Of a stretch of 64,000 nt of DNA, positions 38,585 to 48,440 are shown piece after piece. The notes beneath the pieces are model-generated. The model ran no database searches and was not told where the DNA came from. It saw only the letters and a list, made by a program, of their open reading frames with translations. The stretch's first letter is position 1. Every line of letters begins with the position of its first letter. The stretch spans positions 12,074 through 76,073 of the forward strand of contig CAKTUZ010000012.1 in assembly GCA_934621605.1 (NCBI GenBank), written 5' to 3'. The translations under genes were made by a program, and so were the position numbers. The stretch comes from an uncultured bacterium (lineage in GTDB: Bacteria; Vulcanimicrobiota; Xenobia; Xenobiales; Xenobiaceae).

Positions 38585-38908
38585 TTACTTAACAGCCTCT
38601 TTGAGTTCTTTACCAGGACGGAAGACAGGAACTCTTCTGGCGGGGATGAGAATCTTTTCACTCTCTTCACCAGCAGCCCCGGGACGACGGCCGGTACGAG
38701 CCTTACGATCGCGAATTTCGAAAGCGCCAAAAGGTATCAAACGCACATTTTCACCGTTTTTAAGGCGATTTACGATAACTTTCAAAAGCGTCTGAAGAAG
38801 TTCAGCAGCTTCTTTTTTATTTAATTTGGCTTCAGCAGCGAAATCTGCCACGATTTCACTTTTGCCTACCTTATTTCTCTTTTCATCATGGACTGTACTC
38901 TTATCCAT
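38585..38908 (-). CDS. hup: DNA-binding protein HU with an N-terminal extension.
   Basis: ...RLIPFGAFEIRDRKARTGRRPGAAGEESEKILIPARRVPVFRPGKELKEAV, the HU arm signature. Confidence 0.85.
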   Translation of the reverse strand: MDKSTVHDEKRNKVGKSEIVADFAAEAKLNKKEAAELLQTLLKVIVNRLKNGENVRLIPFGAFEIRDRKARTGRRPGAAGEESEKILIPARRVPVFRPGKELKEAVK

Positions 38909-39599
38909 AATATCCCTCCAAAGCATTTTACCTTTCCGGAACTCATCTCAAACCGTGCCCAAAGATTAAAAGGCACCGAATGGGCTACAAACTCGCGAAA
39001 AGACGGGTCAGCGCCAATTATAATCACAACTCTTAAACTTCGACTCGCTGACTAGAGTAACTCTTTAAAAGCCAACCCTCACGCCAAATCTAATAAACAA
39101 AGTTCCTGACGCCTACTTTGCCCCATCAGGTTCAATCTACATTGAGGCGCACAGAAAAAGTATAACGATTTTATTCTCCAACAACTTGCTCCAAGCTAGC
39201 TGCTGAAGAGCACCGCCTAACACAAAGCTGCCTTAAGCTGTACTGATTGCAAAAACTCAATATAGAAAATCCCCTCATGCAGTCTCTGTATGTTCACATA
39301 GAAAAAGCTAAAAATCAACGACTGAATACACGAATTTTAAAATTTTTTTACAAAAAAAAACTACAAAAATAATATTTTTATCACTTATGCATATTTAGAA
39401 TATATAATTGTGCATATTTTATACAAATTTATATACTTTTTAGAGTAACATTTCGGTATATTACACAAATGGTACAAGTTATAATCTTATTGTTTATAAT
39501 CATTGATATTTAAAGTAAATACAAATGATAATTATTATCTAAAAATTTGTTAACTTATACAGAGGATTGAGAGAAAAATAGCAGAAAAAGCGCCACATT

Positions 39600-40601
39600 A
39601 TGCGGTTTCCATTTGATTTTACTTTTACTCAGGCTATTTATCAAGCCAAAATGAAACGTCATGGTCGGCGTTATCCTACCGTGTGTATGCTGGAGCCCCT
39701 TTATACTTGCAATTTAGCTTGTCGAGGCTGTACTCCTGAGCGTCACATGGGTAAATTAGCCGATCGCTTAAGCGTTGCCCAGTGTTTACAAGCTGTAAAA
39801 GAAGCCAATGTTCCTATTGTTTCTGTCTGTGGTGGTGAGCCTATGCTCTACCCTGAACTCCCCGAACTTTTGAGCCAACTTATAGCTTGCGGCAAATATA
39901 TTATTCTTTGTACCAACGCGCAGTTATTAGATACGAAGTTTTTCGGTATTGTGCCTCCGGATCGTCACATGTTCGTAAATGTTCACTTAGATGGCATGGA
40001 AAAAACTCATGATTATGTAACTAATCGTCCGGGTACTTGGCTGCGTTCTATAGCTATGATCCGTGAGAGTAAGCAGCGCGGTTATCTGACTATCGTTAAT
40101 TGCACCGTTTATAAAGAAACTGATGTGGAAGAGCTTGAGGAACTTTGCAAGCTTTTGACCGAGATTGGCATTGACGGTATTTTGGTAACTCCGGGATATC
40201 AGTTTGAAAATGTCCACGAAAATGTCTTCCTGACAGCTAAAGATACTTCCGAAAAGTTTAAGCGCATTAAAGAGTTTGCTCACAAGTATAAGATCACTTC
40301 CACTCCAGCTTTCTTAGAGTTCTGTGCCGGCGAACGCAAACTTACTTGTGCTCCTTATTCTACAGTTAATTACACTCCCCACGGTTGGAAAGCTCCTTGC
40401 TACTTGGTAGACAGTCAGGAGTTTTATCCAGATTTCAAAACTTTCTGGAATAGTGTAGATTGGGACTATTGGGAAAAGCATGAAGACGCCCGTTGTGCCA
40501 ACTGCCGTATGCACTCCGGCTTTGAACAGACAGCTGTGGAACAGGCTTTCAATTCTCCTATAGATATTCTTAAATTGGCTGCCTGGCAATTTTCCGGTTA
40601 G
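39600..40601 (+). CDS. hpnH: Hopanoid-associated radical SAM protein HpnH (adenosylhopane synthase).
   Basis: MLEPLYTCNLACRGCT radical SAM cluster. Collinear similarity to HpnH up to the C-terminal ...ARCANCRMHSGFE. Sits with hpnG-like and hpnA genes. Confidence 0.75.
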   Translation: MRFPFDFTFTQAIYQAKMKRHGRRYPTVCMLEPLYTCNLACRGCTPERHMGKLADRLSVAQCLQAVKEANVPIVSVCGGEPMLYPELPELLSQLIACGKYIILCTNAQLLDTKFFGIVPPDRHMFVNVHLDGMEKTHDYVTNRPGTWLRSIAMIRESKQRGYLTIVNCTVYKETDVEELEELCKLLTEIGIDGILVTPGYQFENVHENVFLTAKDTSEKFKRIKEFAHKYKITSTPAFLEFCAGERKLTCAPYSTVNYTPHGWKAPCYLVDSQEFYPDFKTFWNSVDWDYWEKHEDARCANCRMHSGFEQTAVEQAFNSPIDILKLAAWQFSG

Positions 40602-40685
40602 CGGCCGTATTATTTGTGCTTAGACTGTAATTAATAAAAAATGTAGGTAGGCTTCGGTCATTTTCGGCAAACAGAGGGTTAAAAA

Positions 40686-41351
40686 GTGAAAGAGTTTTGG
40701 GATGTTTTAACTTTATGTTTCCGCGAATGGCCGATTCTTTTTAAAGTAAAAAAGCTTTGGCAAGTAGAGCTACTAATGTGGCTTTACTATTTATTCCGCC
40801 TTCCAGGTTTTGATATCTGGTTACAGCGTCGCTTGATAGATCGTCCGGCCGACGATTTTCGTTTTGGCGATACTCCCTACCAGACCGGCTTAAAAATTTT
40901 GCAAAAAGCTAAAGTTAGTGAGAATGATCTCTTCATAGACTTAGGATCTGGCCGCGGCAAGATGGTCTTTTTGGCAGCTTTAGCTTGTCATTGTCAAGCT
41001 GTCGGTATAGAGCTTTTACCTAGCTATAATATTTTATGTAACCGTATTGCCAGCAATTTACATTTAGAAGATCAGGTTCAATTCCTCAACGATGATTTTC
41101 TGGAATGCGATCTTACCGGTGTAAGCGTAATTTTTACTGCCTGTACTACTTGGTCAGAGATGACTCATGATTTGCTTCTGGATCGCGTAGAGGAGCTTCC
41201 CAATGGAGTGCGTTGGATTTCGGCGGGCCAAGAACAACGTCACCCCGACTTAAGTTTAGTAGGAGCCGATACTTTACTTTTCAGCTGGGGCTATGAAAAT
41301 GTATGGTTCTATGAAGTAAAGCACCAAGCTCAGATTGATGAAGACAAATAG
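40686..41351 (+). CDS. Class I SAM-dependent methyltransferase.
   Basis: Motif I DLGSGRGKMV. Possible GTG start. Confidence 0.55.
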   Translation: MKEFWDVLTLCFREWPILFKVKKLWQVELLMWLYYLFRLPGFDIWLQRRLIDRPADDFRFGDTPYQTGLKILQKAKVSENDLFIDLGSGRGKMVFLAALACHCQAVGIELLPSYNILCNRIASNLHLEDQVQFLNDDFLECDLTGVSVIFTACTTWSEMTHDLLLDRVEELPNGVRWISAGQEQRHPDLSLVGADTLLFSWGYENVWFYEVKHQAQIDEDK

Positions 41352-41375
41352 TTAAGTATATACAACTTATAAAAA

Positions 41376-42575
41376 TTAATCGATAGATTGTAAAGTACCA
41401 TCTGAGTTGACTTTATATTTTTTGCCACCCCACTCTACTCTGTCACCACCAAAAGCAGCCAACCAAAGTATAATGTAAATAAAATCTTTGACTATAGAAA
41501 ACAGCAAATACTTAGCTCGGAAAAATTCGCTTTTATTTTCTGTAAAAATGCCCCAGGTATATGCCGAACTAAAGAAGCGCAAAAATACCCACAGACCTAC
41601 TAAAACTTCGGCGCATCCCAAGAACGAACTGTCTGAGAGCAAAACGGTCAACATAAGCATACCGCTCCAAAAGAATCCTTGAGTGATAAAAAAAGAAAGA
41701 AAACCTCCAGGGCGAGAAACACGATAAGTGCGCATCCAACGCAATTGGTGAGTAAAATATTCTTCGAAAGACATATCACCAATCACATCTTCTACGACTT
41801 CTCTAGATAAAACAACACGCTGACCGCTTTGAGCCGTTCTGAAACCTAATTGATAGTCATCAGCCAAATAATCTTTGATAGCTACCAGGCCACCTATCTT
41901 TTGTAAAGTTTCTTTTTTTATGGCCATTACTGCGCCTAAAGCGAAATTGATACCTTCAACTAAGCGGGCAACCAATACCGAAGCGCAAAAGTCATTAACT
42001 GAAATTCCTTCCAGCAAAGAACCATAACCATACATGTGTTTAACTGTGTAAAGGCAAGTTACCAGGCCAACATCTTCATGAGAAGCCAAGTCAGCAATAT
42101 CACTCAACAAATTAGATGGCGCAATCATATCGGCGTCAGACAGAATAATAATATCGCCTTTGGCTTTTCTTTCAGCTTCAATACATACAGAAATCTTCTT
42201 ATTCAAAGAATCGATACTTCCTAAGGATATTTCCGTATTTTCTCCCAAGGACAGAAGCAGCTTCTCTTCTTCAGGCCATTTGGTAATATCATGATGACCG
42301 TCTAAAGCTAAGATAACTTGATTTTTATTATAATTCTGATTGATGAAACTATTTAGGCATTTCCGTTCAACGGCATCAGGAACAGTACGCAAAGGTTTTA
42401 TTTGCGTAACATCGGGAGTAAAATCGGCTGCTCCTCCAGAAGTAATCCTCTCTCTGGCTTGTCGGCGTTCATTACTAAATTGACGAGTTACCCAAATAAC
42501 TAAAGCCAAATAGGCACATGAAGCTAAAGTACCCAAAGCAAAAACCGATATAAAGAAATTAGCTACGGTAAACAT
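41376..42575 (-). CDS. Family 2 glycosyltransferase, membrane-anchored. An HpnI-like role is suggested by context.
   Basis: Signature LSDADMIAP (DxD) and QLRWMRTYR (QxxRW), with a TM N-terminus. Confidence 0.65.
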   Translation of the reverse strand: MFTVANFFISVFALGTLASCAYLALVIWVTRQFSNERRQARERITSGGAADFTPDVTQIKPLRTVPDAVERKCLNSFINQNYNKNQVILALDGHHDITKWPEEEKLLLSLGENTEISLGSIDSLNKKISVCIEAERKAKGDIIILSDADMIAPSNLLSDIADLASHEDVGLVTCLYTVKHMYGYGSLLEGISVNDFCASVLVARLVEGINFALGAVMAIKKETLQKIGGLVAIKDYLADDYQLGFRTAQSGQRVVLSREVVEDVIGDMSFEEYFTHQLRWMRTYRVSRPGGFLSFFITQGFFWSGMLMLTVLLSDSSFLGCAEVLVGLWVFLRFFSSAYTWGIFTENKSEFFRAKYLLFSIVKDFIYIILWLAAFGGDRVEWGGKKYKVNSDGTLQSID

Positions 42576-43388
42576 TTACTTCCCACTTTGTTGTTCAAAT
42601 TGAACTGCATTTAAACGTCTAAGGAAAATATCCAAAAAGACGGCTAAATTTTTAGCAGCTCTACTGCTATTTTTAGCCAAATGGCATAAGCGTGAAATTA
42701 AAACCGGACGCTTAAAAACTTCAAAAATAACCTTGTTTTTATTGACCTGGCCGCTTTCTTCATCGGAAAAATCATTAAAATTTAAGGGCATAGCAAAAGA
42801 AGCTTCATCACTAACCACTTTAATGGCATTCCAAGGAAGATTAAATTTTTGAGCAGCGGCAGCTATAGAACTAGCTTCCATATCTACCACAGCAGCTCCA
42901 AAGCGGCTGAGTAAAGCGGTCTTTTCTTTTACTGTAACAATCACTTTAGCACTGGTCAAAGCCTTAACAAGTTCAATATTAGAGCCGGGTATAGCTTTCT
43001 CAGCGTTGAGTCTGTATAAAATTTCCAAGCCTAAACCTGAGGGTTGAGAGTAAACTGTATTGAGCAAAGCTTCCGCACCTACTACTTGACCGGCTTTTAA
43101 GCCAGCCGAAAGGGCTCCGCAAAAGCCAGCTGAAACCAGCATAGAAGGCTTAAAGCGTCTAATAACCAGTTGAGCCGATTCTAAAGCGCGTTCACGTCCC
43201 ATACCACATAAACAAACTAAAGCATTTTGAGAACGTATATGCCAAACTACCGGCGATGAAGTTGCCAAGCCATCTAATTGTATACCGCTATCCCAATCAA
43301 TAGAGTAAATATTCAAGAGAGGCTTTACCTCTTCGGGAGTAGCCATAAAAACAGCGACTGATTGCTTTTGTTTTCCCATAACTATCAC
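42576..43388 (-). CDS. PNP/UDP-family phosphorylase, HpnG-like (hopanoid-associated phosphorylase).
   Basis: Nucleoside phosphorylase fold (LVCLCGMGRERA...SAGFCGAL). Adjacent to hpnA and near hpnH. Confidence 0.6.
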   Translation of the reverse strand: MIVMGKQKQSVAVFMATPEEVKPLLNIYSIDWDSGIQLDGLATSSPVVWHIRSQNALVCLCGMGRERALESAQLVIRRFKPSMLVSAGFCGALSAGLKAGQVVGAEALLNTVYSQPSGLGLEILYRLNAEKAIPGSNIELVKALTSAKVIVTVKEKTALLSRFGAAVVDMEASSIAAAAQKFNLPWNAIKVVSDEASFAMPLNFNDFSDEESGQVNKNKVIFEVFKRPVLISRLCHLAKNSSRAAKNLAVFLDIFLRRLNAVQFEQQSGK

Positions 43389-43401
43389 CTAAAAGCCCTT
43401 T

Positions 43402-44412
43402 CTAGCCTCTTTTAATATTAAGCTTACGCTTAACATAGCCATTGTCAATAAACCACTGCACAGCTCTCTCTAAAGCCAAACGAATAGGCCGTGGCTCGTA
43501 CCCCAGCTCTTTGTAAGCTTTGCGCCAACTGAAGTACATAAGTTTATGAGCCATCTTTACACCTTCCAAAGGTACACTGGGCTCCTTATGAATTTTTGTG
43601 CATATAAAAGTATCTATAGAACCAACAAGATAAGCAAACCACAGGGGTAATTCAACCTGTGGAGCCTTTAAGCCAGTAATATCAGCCAATTCTAAAAGAA
43701 TTTGCTGTAAAGTCATATCCCAGCCGCCTAAAATATAGCGTTGACCCGATTTGCCCTTTTCGGCAGCTAAAATATGACCACGACATACATCTTCCACATC
43801 TACTAAGTTGAGACCGGTATTTACATAAGCTGGCATTTTACCATTTAAGAAACGAGTGATAATTTTACCGGTATCGGTAGGCTTTATATCGCGATCTCCA
43901 ATAGGTGTCGAAGGATTGACAATAACGATATCTTGTCCTTCTTCGGCAGCCTTCAAGGCCACATGCTCAGCTAAAAATTTAGAGCGTTTATAATGACCAA
44001 TCATATCTTCCAAAGCAACCGGCACATCTTCATTGCCTGGACCACCGTTTTTGGGTAAGCCTACGGCAGCAACCGAAGAAGTAACAACTATACGATCTAC
44101 TCCGCCATCTCGACAAGCTCGCAAAATATTTTCCGTACCTTTAACGTTACTTTCGTACAGTTCGTCAGTATTTTCCGCCCAAAGCCTATAATCAGCTGCA
44201 CAATGAAAAACTAAACTACAACCACTTACTGCCGAGCGCAAGGACTCAAAATCACGCAAATCGCCCTGCACATATTCGACATCTAAGCCGTCTAAATTGG
44301 CTAAATTGGAAGAAGGACGTACTAAAGCACGTACTTTTCTTCCCGATTGTAATAATTGGCGCACTAAATGGCTGCCTATAAAACCGGTTCCCCCCGTTAC
44401 AAATACACACAT
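43402..44412 (-). CDS. hpnA: Hopanoid-associated NAD-dependent sugar epimerase HpnA.
   Basis: VTGGTGFIGSHLVRQL Rossmann motif, then RALVRPSSNLANLDGLDVEYVQGDLRD...FHCAADYRLW, matching the HpnA consensus. Confidence 0.75.
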   Translation of the reverse strand: MCVFVTGGTGFIGSHLVRQLLQSGRKVRALVRPSSNLANLDGLDVEYVQGDLRDFESLRSAVSGCSLVFHCAADYRLWAENTDELYESNVKGTENILRACRDGGVDRIVVTSSVAAVGLPKNGGPGNEDVPVALEDMIGHYKRSKFLAEHVALKAAEEGQDIVIVNPSTPIGDRDIKPTDTGKIITRFLNGKMPAYVNTGLNLVDVEDVCRGHILAAEKGKSGQRYILGGWDMTLQQILLELADITGLKAPQVELPLWFAYLVGSIDTFICTKIHKEPSVPLEGVKMAHKLMYFSWRKAYKELGYEPRPIRLALERAVQWFIDNGYVKRKLNIKRG

Positions 44413-44470
44413 AAAGCTGCCTTTCCTTAAATTGAATGGCTATCCCTTTTACCCTATATATCCATGGCAA

Positions 44471-44523
44471 ATAAAAAGAACCGTACAGTTATTCATCAAA
44501 ATACAAGAAGCTGTACGGTTCTT
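44471..44523 (-). terminator. Rho-independent terminator with a 13-bp perfect stem.
   Basis: AAGAACCGTACAG ... CTGTACGGTTCTT, with a T-run on the minus strand downstream of the 44546..46057 gene. Confidence 0.6.
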
Positions 44524-44545
44524 CTTTATGGAACAAAAATTACGT

Positions 44546-46057
44546 TTATTCTACAATAATTTTAGTTTCAGCATTATAAGTTGGTAATTTATCGATTTTA
44601 CCTACACTTAAAGTATAATTACCGACTTTAGTACCAATCTTTAATACATAACTTCTGTTATCGGAATTAAGCGATAAATTCGGACAATCAGGTTCGTTAG
44701 GTTTAACATAAGACGCAGGATACGTGGGAATTACATTTTCATCAAGTAAAATATAGTCGCAAACATTAGAACTCAGGTCGCCACTCGCACGTAAGTAATT
44801 ACCTATAATTCGAATATTGTCCAGTACTTTTCCAGCATTGAATTTAAATTCGTCAATATCTTCATATTTTTTAGTTTTACCACCTTTTACACCTAAAATT
44901 ACATTGGCATAGGCTTTGACAAGCTTAACATCGATACTGCCGGTTTTGGCTTCAGCCTCGCCTTCGAGCTTGACACTGGCCCCAACTCTGGTAGTTTGAC
45001 TGTCAGCTAAACTATTGAAAGTTACTATATTACCCTTAACAGAAGCATCTTTATAATCGCAAGTAATGGTAGCTTTATCGGTCAGATCCTGAGGATCTGG
45101 CTGAGGGCCTTTGCTAGTATCATCAGTATAAATACCCAAAACTTTAAATTGCTCTTGTCCAACAGCCATAGTTGTATCATCAGAAGATTTATCTACTTTG
45201 TCGGCTCCCAAATTTACATCGGGAACAATAACTTCGCAGCTAGATATTTTTCCCGACTCGGAAAGAGTACTATAAACGGGCTGCAAAGAAATACCTTCGA
45301 TCGTATTATCGGAAATAAAAATAGGATCGAAATTAAAATCTATACTAAAATCCTTTACCGGCAAAGTAGCAGTAAAGTTGTATTTACCATAATTATTAGT
45401 TTCATAGTGACCGGAAGTAGTACTATATTCAAAACTCTCGTCGTCGGCAGATTTTACGGCCTTCAAATTAACTTCTTGACCATCATTTTTAAAAGTTACA
45501 AAATCGGTAACATAATAAGCTTTGTTAGTGGCAGCCAAAGTGAGCATTGTTTCCAATTTGAGTTCTTGGCCTTTGGCAATAACGCTCTTATTTACCGAGC
45601 AACCGACTATATCTGCGTTTTTAAATTCAACAATCTCGGGATTCTTAACGTCGGCATTATAGTAAGAGTTCCAAGAAAGATCATTAAGACCGATATTTAC
45701 AATATTATTGTCCTTGTCATAATAAGCGGCGACTACAGTTTTAGCTGTAATAGGCACTCCATTGACAGTCAAAGAGGCTTGATCTACTTTTTGGCTCTGA
45801 TGAGGTACTTCATAACTCTTGGTAAAAAAGACTGTGGAGTTTTCAGCATTGCGGAAGCTATATTTAACAGAAGTAATCGTATTAGGAATTTCGGTACGTG
45901 AAGCAGCTTGCAAAGAATACTCGAAAACGACACTTCCGCGCTTAACGCTTTGAGAGGAACCGTTGTCGTCATTGTCACTGCACCCGGCCACCAATAAACC
46001 TGCCGTTACTACGGCTGCGGTAAAGCAAAAAATATTTTTTGTGTTCTTTTTAAGCAT
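44546..46057 (-). CDS. Lipoprotein, function unknown.
   Basis: Lipobox LVAGCSDN. 503 aa, beta-rich, Thr/Asn-rich. Confidence 0.6.
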   Translation of the reverse strand: MLKKNTKNIFCFTAAVVTAGLLVAGCSDNDDNGSSQSVKRGSVVFEYSLQAASRTEIPNTITSVKYSFRNAENSTVFFTKSYEVPHQSQKVDQASLTVNGVPITAKTVVAAYYDKDNNIVNIGLNDLSWNSYYNADVKNPEIVEFKNADIVGCSVNKSVIAKGQELKLETMLTLAATNKAYYVTDFVTFKNDGQEVNLKAVKSADDESFEYSTTSGHYETNNYGKYNFTATLPVKDFSIDFNFDPIFISDNTIEGISLQPVYSTLSESGKISSCEVIVPDVNLGADKVDKSSDDTTMAVGQEQFKVLGIYTDDTSKGPQPDPQDLTDKATITCDYKDASVKGNIVTFNSLADSQTTRVGASVKLEGEAEAKTGSIDVKLVKAYANVILGVKGGKTKKYEDIDEFKFNAGKVLDNIRIIGNYLRASGDLSSNVCDYILLDENVIPTYPASYVKPNEPDCPNLSLNSDNRSYVLKIGTKVGNYTLSVGKIDKLPTYNAETKIIVE

Positions 46058-46200
46058 AAATTTTAGCTCCTAAAGAATAACTGCTCCCGTTGGCAGAAAA
46101 CCACAAAAATAAACCACCAACCCGAGCCTAACTAAGAAAAATTAGACATTGAGCTTAGAAATTTCCTCAGAATAACCTTTTTTTCAAGAAGAAAATTTTT

Positions 46201-46782
46201 CTAAATTTCGTCAGAAAGTACCCATTCCGGCACGGGTGGAAGTTGAAAATTTTCAATAGCGGGAATAACCTCTTCAGGTTTATTTACAACTGTAAAGTAA
46301 CGACTGTAAGGTAAAGCTAATACTCCTTCTTGGTGAGTACGTTCCATAAATTTAATTAAATCGTCGAAAAAGCCATCGCTATTCAATACGACAATAGGCT
46401 TGCGCACTTTGCCTAAAGAACTTAAGCAAGCTACTTCAAAAAATTCGTCCAAAGTTCCGACTCCGCCTGGCAAAATTACGAAAGCATCTGATTTTTCAAT
46501 CATCATAGCTTTGCGCTCGGCCATATCGGAAACAATGTAGCTCTCATCTAGTTTAGCAGCACTAATTTCCCTATTGGTTAAAAACTTAGGCATAATACCG
46601 ATAATTTTGCCTCCACAAGCGGACACACGGCCAGCTACCACCCACATCAAACCAACACTTGCTCCACCATAGACTAACTTGTGGCCGCCTCTTACCAAAC
46701 AATCGGCAAAGGCTGCGCAATCGCGACTGATTTGCTCGCTTTTTGGCATAGCGGAAGCACAAAATACACAAATATTGAACAT
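46201..46782 (-). CDS. LOG family protein (cytokinin riboside 5'-monophosphate phosphoribohydrolase or Rossmann-fold nucleotide-binding protein).
   Basis: The conserved PGGxGTxxE-like motif reads PGGVGTLDEFFE here. The start was moved to MFNICVFCAS (ATG at 46782). Confidence 0.8.
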   Translation of the reverse strand: MFNICVFCASAMPKSEQISRDCAAFADCLVRGGHKLVYGGASVGLMWVVAGRVSACGGKIIGIMPKFLTNREISAAKLDESYIVSDMAERKAMMIEKSDAFVILPGGVGTLDEFFEVACLSSLGKVRKPIVVLNSDGFFDDLIKFMERTHQEGVLALPYSRYFTVVNKPEEVIPAIENFQLPPVPEWVLSDEI

Positions 46783-46909
46783 TACCAGCACCTCTGTTAG
46801 GCTAGACAGGATGTTAGTATAAATCAAGCTTAAGTTGTGAAATACCTGCCGCCTAATTTTATCGTAAGGTAGCGAAGGAAAAATAAATACTGTGAAAGGA
46901 CAAATCAAA

Positions 46910-47473
46910 ATGGTCGAGGCCACGAATATAAGGGAAGTTTCTTTTACTGAATTAAAGCATATTTACGATAAATACTCACGCCAAACATTCCCTTCGGAAG
47001 AGCTAGAGCCTTGGAATAAGGTTGCCAGGCTATGCAAAGAGAAACGCTATCTGGGCTGGGGACTTTATGATGCAAAAGAAGAACTTTGCTGTTATGCTTT
47101 CTTTAGCGTTACTCCCAATGGACTTTACTTATTAAATATGCTGGAAACTATACCAGAAAAACGCGGTTCCGGCTATGGACAAAAAATGTTGGCTTATTTG
47201 AAAGAGCACTACGCTCCCCAGCCTCTTTTTATGGAAGTAGAAGCACCAGAATTAGCTGCCAATGAAGAAGAACGCATCATAAGAGAACGACGCATGAAGT
47301 TTTATCACAGGTTGGAAGCTTACGATACAACCTTGCGTTCTTCCTTAGGCGGCATAGTTATGCATATTTTGGCAGTAAACGGCAACTTAGCGGAATTGGA
47401 TCTACACAAGGTTCACAATGAATTAAGCCTACATTACCCTACAATTTACAATCCAACTTCACATATGCTGTAG
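46910..47473 (+). CDS. GNAT family N-acetyltransferase.
   Basis: ...ETIPEKRGSGYGQKMLAYL motif A. The start is probably MVEATNI. Confidence 0.7.
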   Translation: MVEATNIREVSFTELKHIYDKYSRQTFPSEELEPWNKVARLCKEKRYLGWGLYDAKEELCCYAFFSVTPNGLYLLNMLETIPEKRGSGYGQKMLAYLKEHYAPQPLFMEVEAPELAANEEERIIRERRMKFYHRLEAYDTTLRSSLGGIVMHILAVNGNLAELDLHKVHNELSLHYPTIYNPTSHML

Positions 47474-47479
47474 TTTTAA

Positions 47480-47778
47480 TAGCACCTTATTACCTACAAG
47501 CAAAAGCGTCAGACTAGCTGCATCAAGCACAGTAGTCGGCGCTTTTTAATTTATTACAAATTGTTTAACAAGCCAACTTAAGTTTAAATTCTAACCTAAA
47601 AATATGCTTACTAAAATTGACTCTTACTAAAACTTAAAGCTACAATTAAGACGTTTTATTGCTAAGTATTTTAGCTGCAGCACATAAGACAAAAATGGTT
47701 AACACCTTAAACTATGGCAACCGAGCCAAGTTTACAGCTAACTCGGTTGGCAAATTTTACACCCGGAGGTAATTAACT
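47480..47778 (+). repeat. Leader repeat copy 1 (~300 bp, ~90% identical to 49060..49376), with terminator-like hairpin, promoter and pre-RBS hairpin.
   Basis: caaaagcgtcagact...ttgactcttactaaaacttaaagctacaat...ggcaaccgagcc...ctcggttggc...acccggaggt. Confidence 0.8.
47617..47646 (+). promoter_or_regulatory. Sigma70-like promoter TTGACT-N18-TACAAT.
   Basis: -35 at 47617-47622 and -10 at 47641-47646. Conserved in the second leader copy (TTGACT-N18-TATATT, ~49200). Confidence 0.45.
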
Positions 47779-48438
47779 GTGTGTGACTATTTTGATGTTA
47801 TAGTAAAGCCATACAAAAAAGAACGTATGGCTTTTACTAAGCATGGCAATAAGCTTAAGCTCATTAAGCTCAAGAAAGGACAGCGCTACCCTACTTCATT
47901 GGTCTATGAGCACTCATATGGAATGGGAATAGTTCGGTTAGCCGATCCGCGTAAATACCATATCACAGATTTTGCTGCTAAGGTTACTTTTGGTCAAGAG
48001 GGATGTACAAATCGTTGCGATTTTTGTAACTCATGGGAATCTTGTGAAGATTTTTTCTATGCAGTGACAAGCCTTCAACGAGAAGAATCTGGATTACCTT
48101 ATATTATTTACTTCTGTAGTTCCGGTAAAGACCGTAAAGTAATTCTAAACCCACCTCATGTACGAGTGGATGTAGGTTACTTAAGGCTGCTTATACCAGT
48201 AATACTCTCCCCAACAAACCCATATATTCCCAAGCATATTTGGGATAGAGTATTACACAAGAAACCTATTAAATGCTTTTCCGCCGTAAAAAAGCTTCTC
48301 GTTGACAACTACAAAAAAATAATGAACATTTGGAACCAAGGAGGAGAAAGTAGCTTTTGGTTCGGAGACGACGGAATAGCTATAGAAGAGTATTGCAAAA
48401 AGCACAAGCTAGAATTTATCCAATGGAAGGAGGACTGA
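47779..48438 (+). CDS. Uncharacterised family member A (219 aa, GTG start).
   Basis: GGAGGT lies 8 nt upstream. Conserved blocks LVYEHSYGMGI, CEDFFYA, SPTNPYIPK and a C-terminal block VKKLLVDNYKKIMNIWN. Confidence 0.6.
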   Translation: MCDYFDVIVKPYKKERMAFTKHGNKLKLIKLKKGQRYPTSLVYEHSYGMGIVRLADPRKYHITDFAAKVTFGQEGCTNRCDFCNSWESCEDFFYAVTSLQREESGLPYIIYFCSSGKDRKVILNPPHVRVDVGYLRLLIPVILSPTNPYIPKHIWDRVLHKKPIKCFSAVKKLLVDNYKKIMNIWNQGGESSFWFGDDGIAIEEYCKKHKLEFIQWKED

Positions 48439-48440
48439 CA

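Noticed and set aside
45149-45978. 250-aa plus-strand ORF inside lipoprotein gene 44546..46057.
   Set aside because: It is antisense to a CDS that has a lipobox and consistent codon usage. It is Ile/Phe-rich low-complexity.
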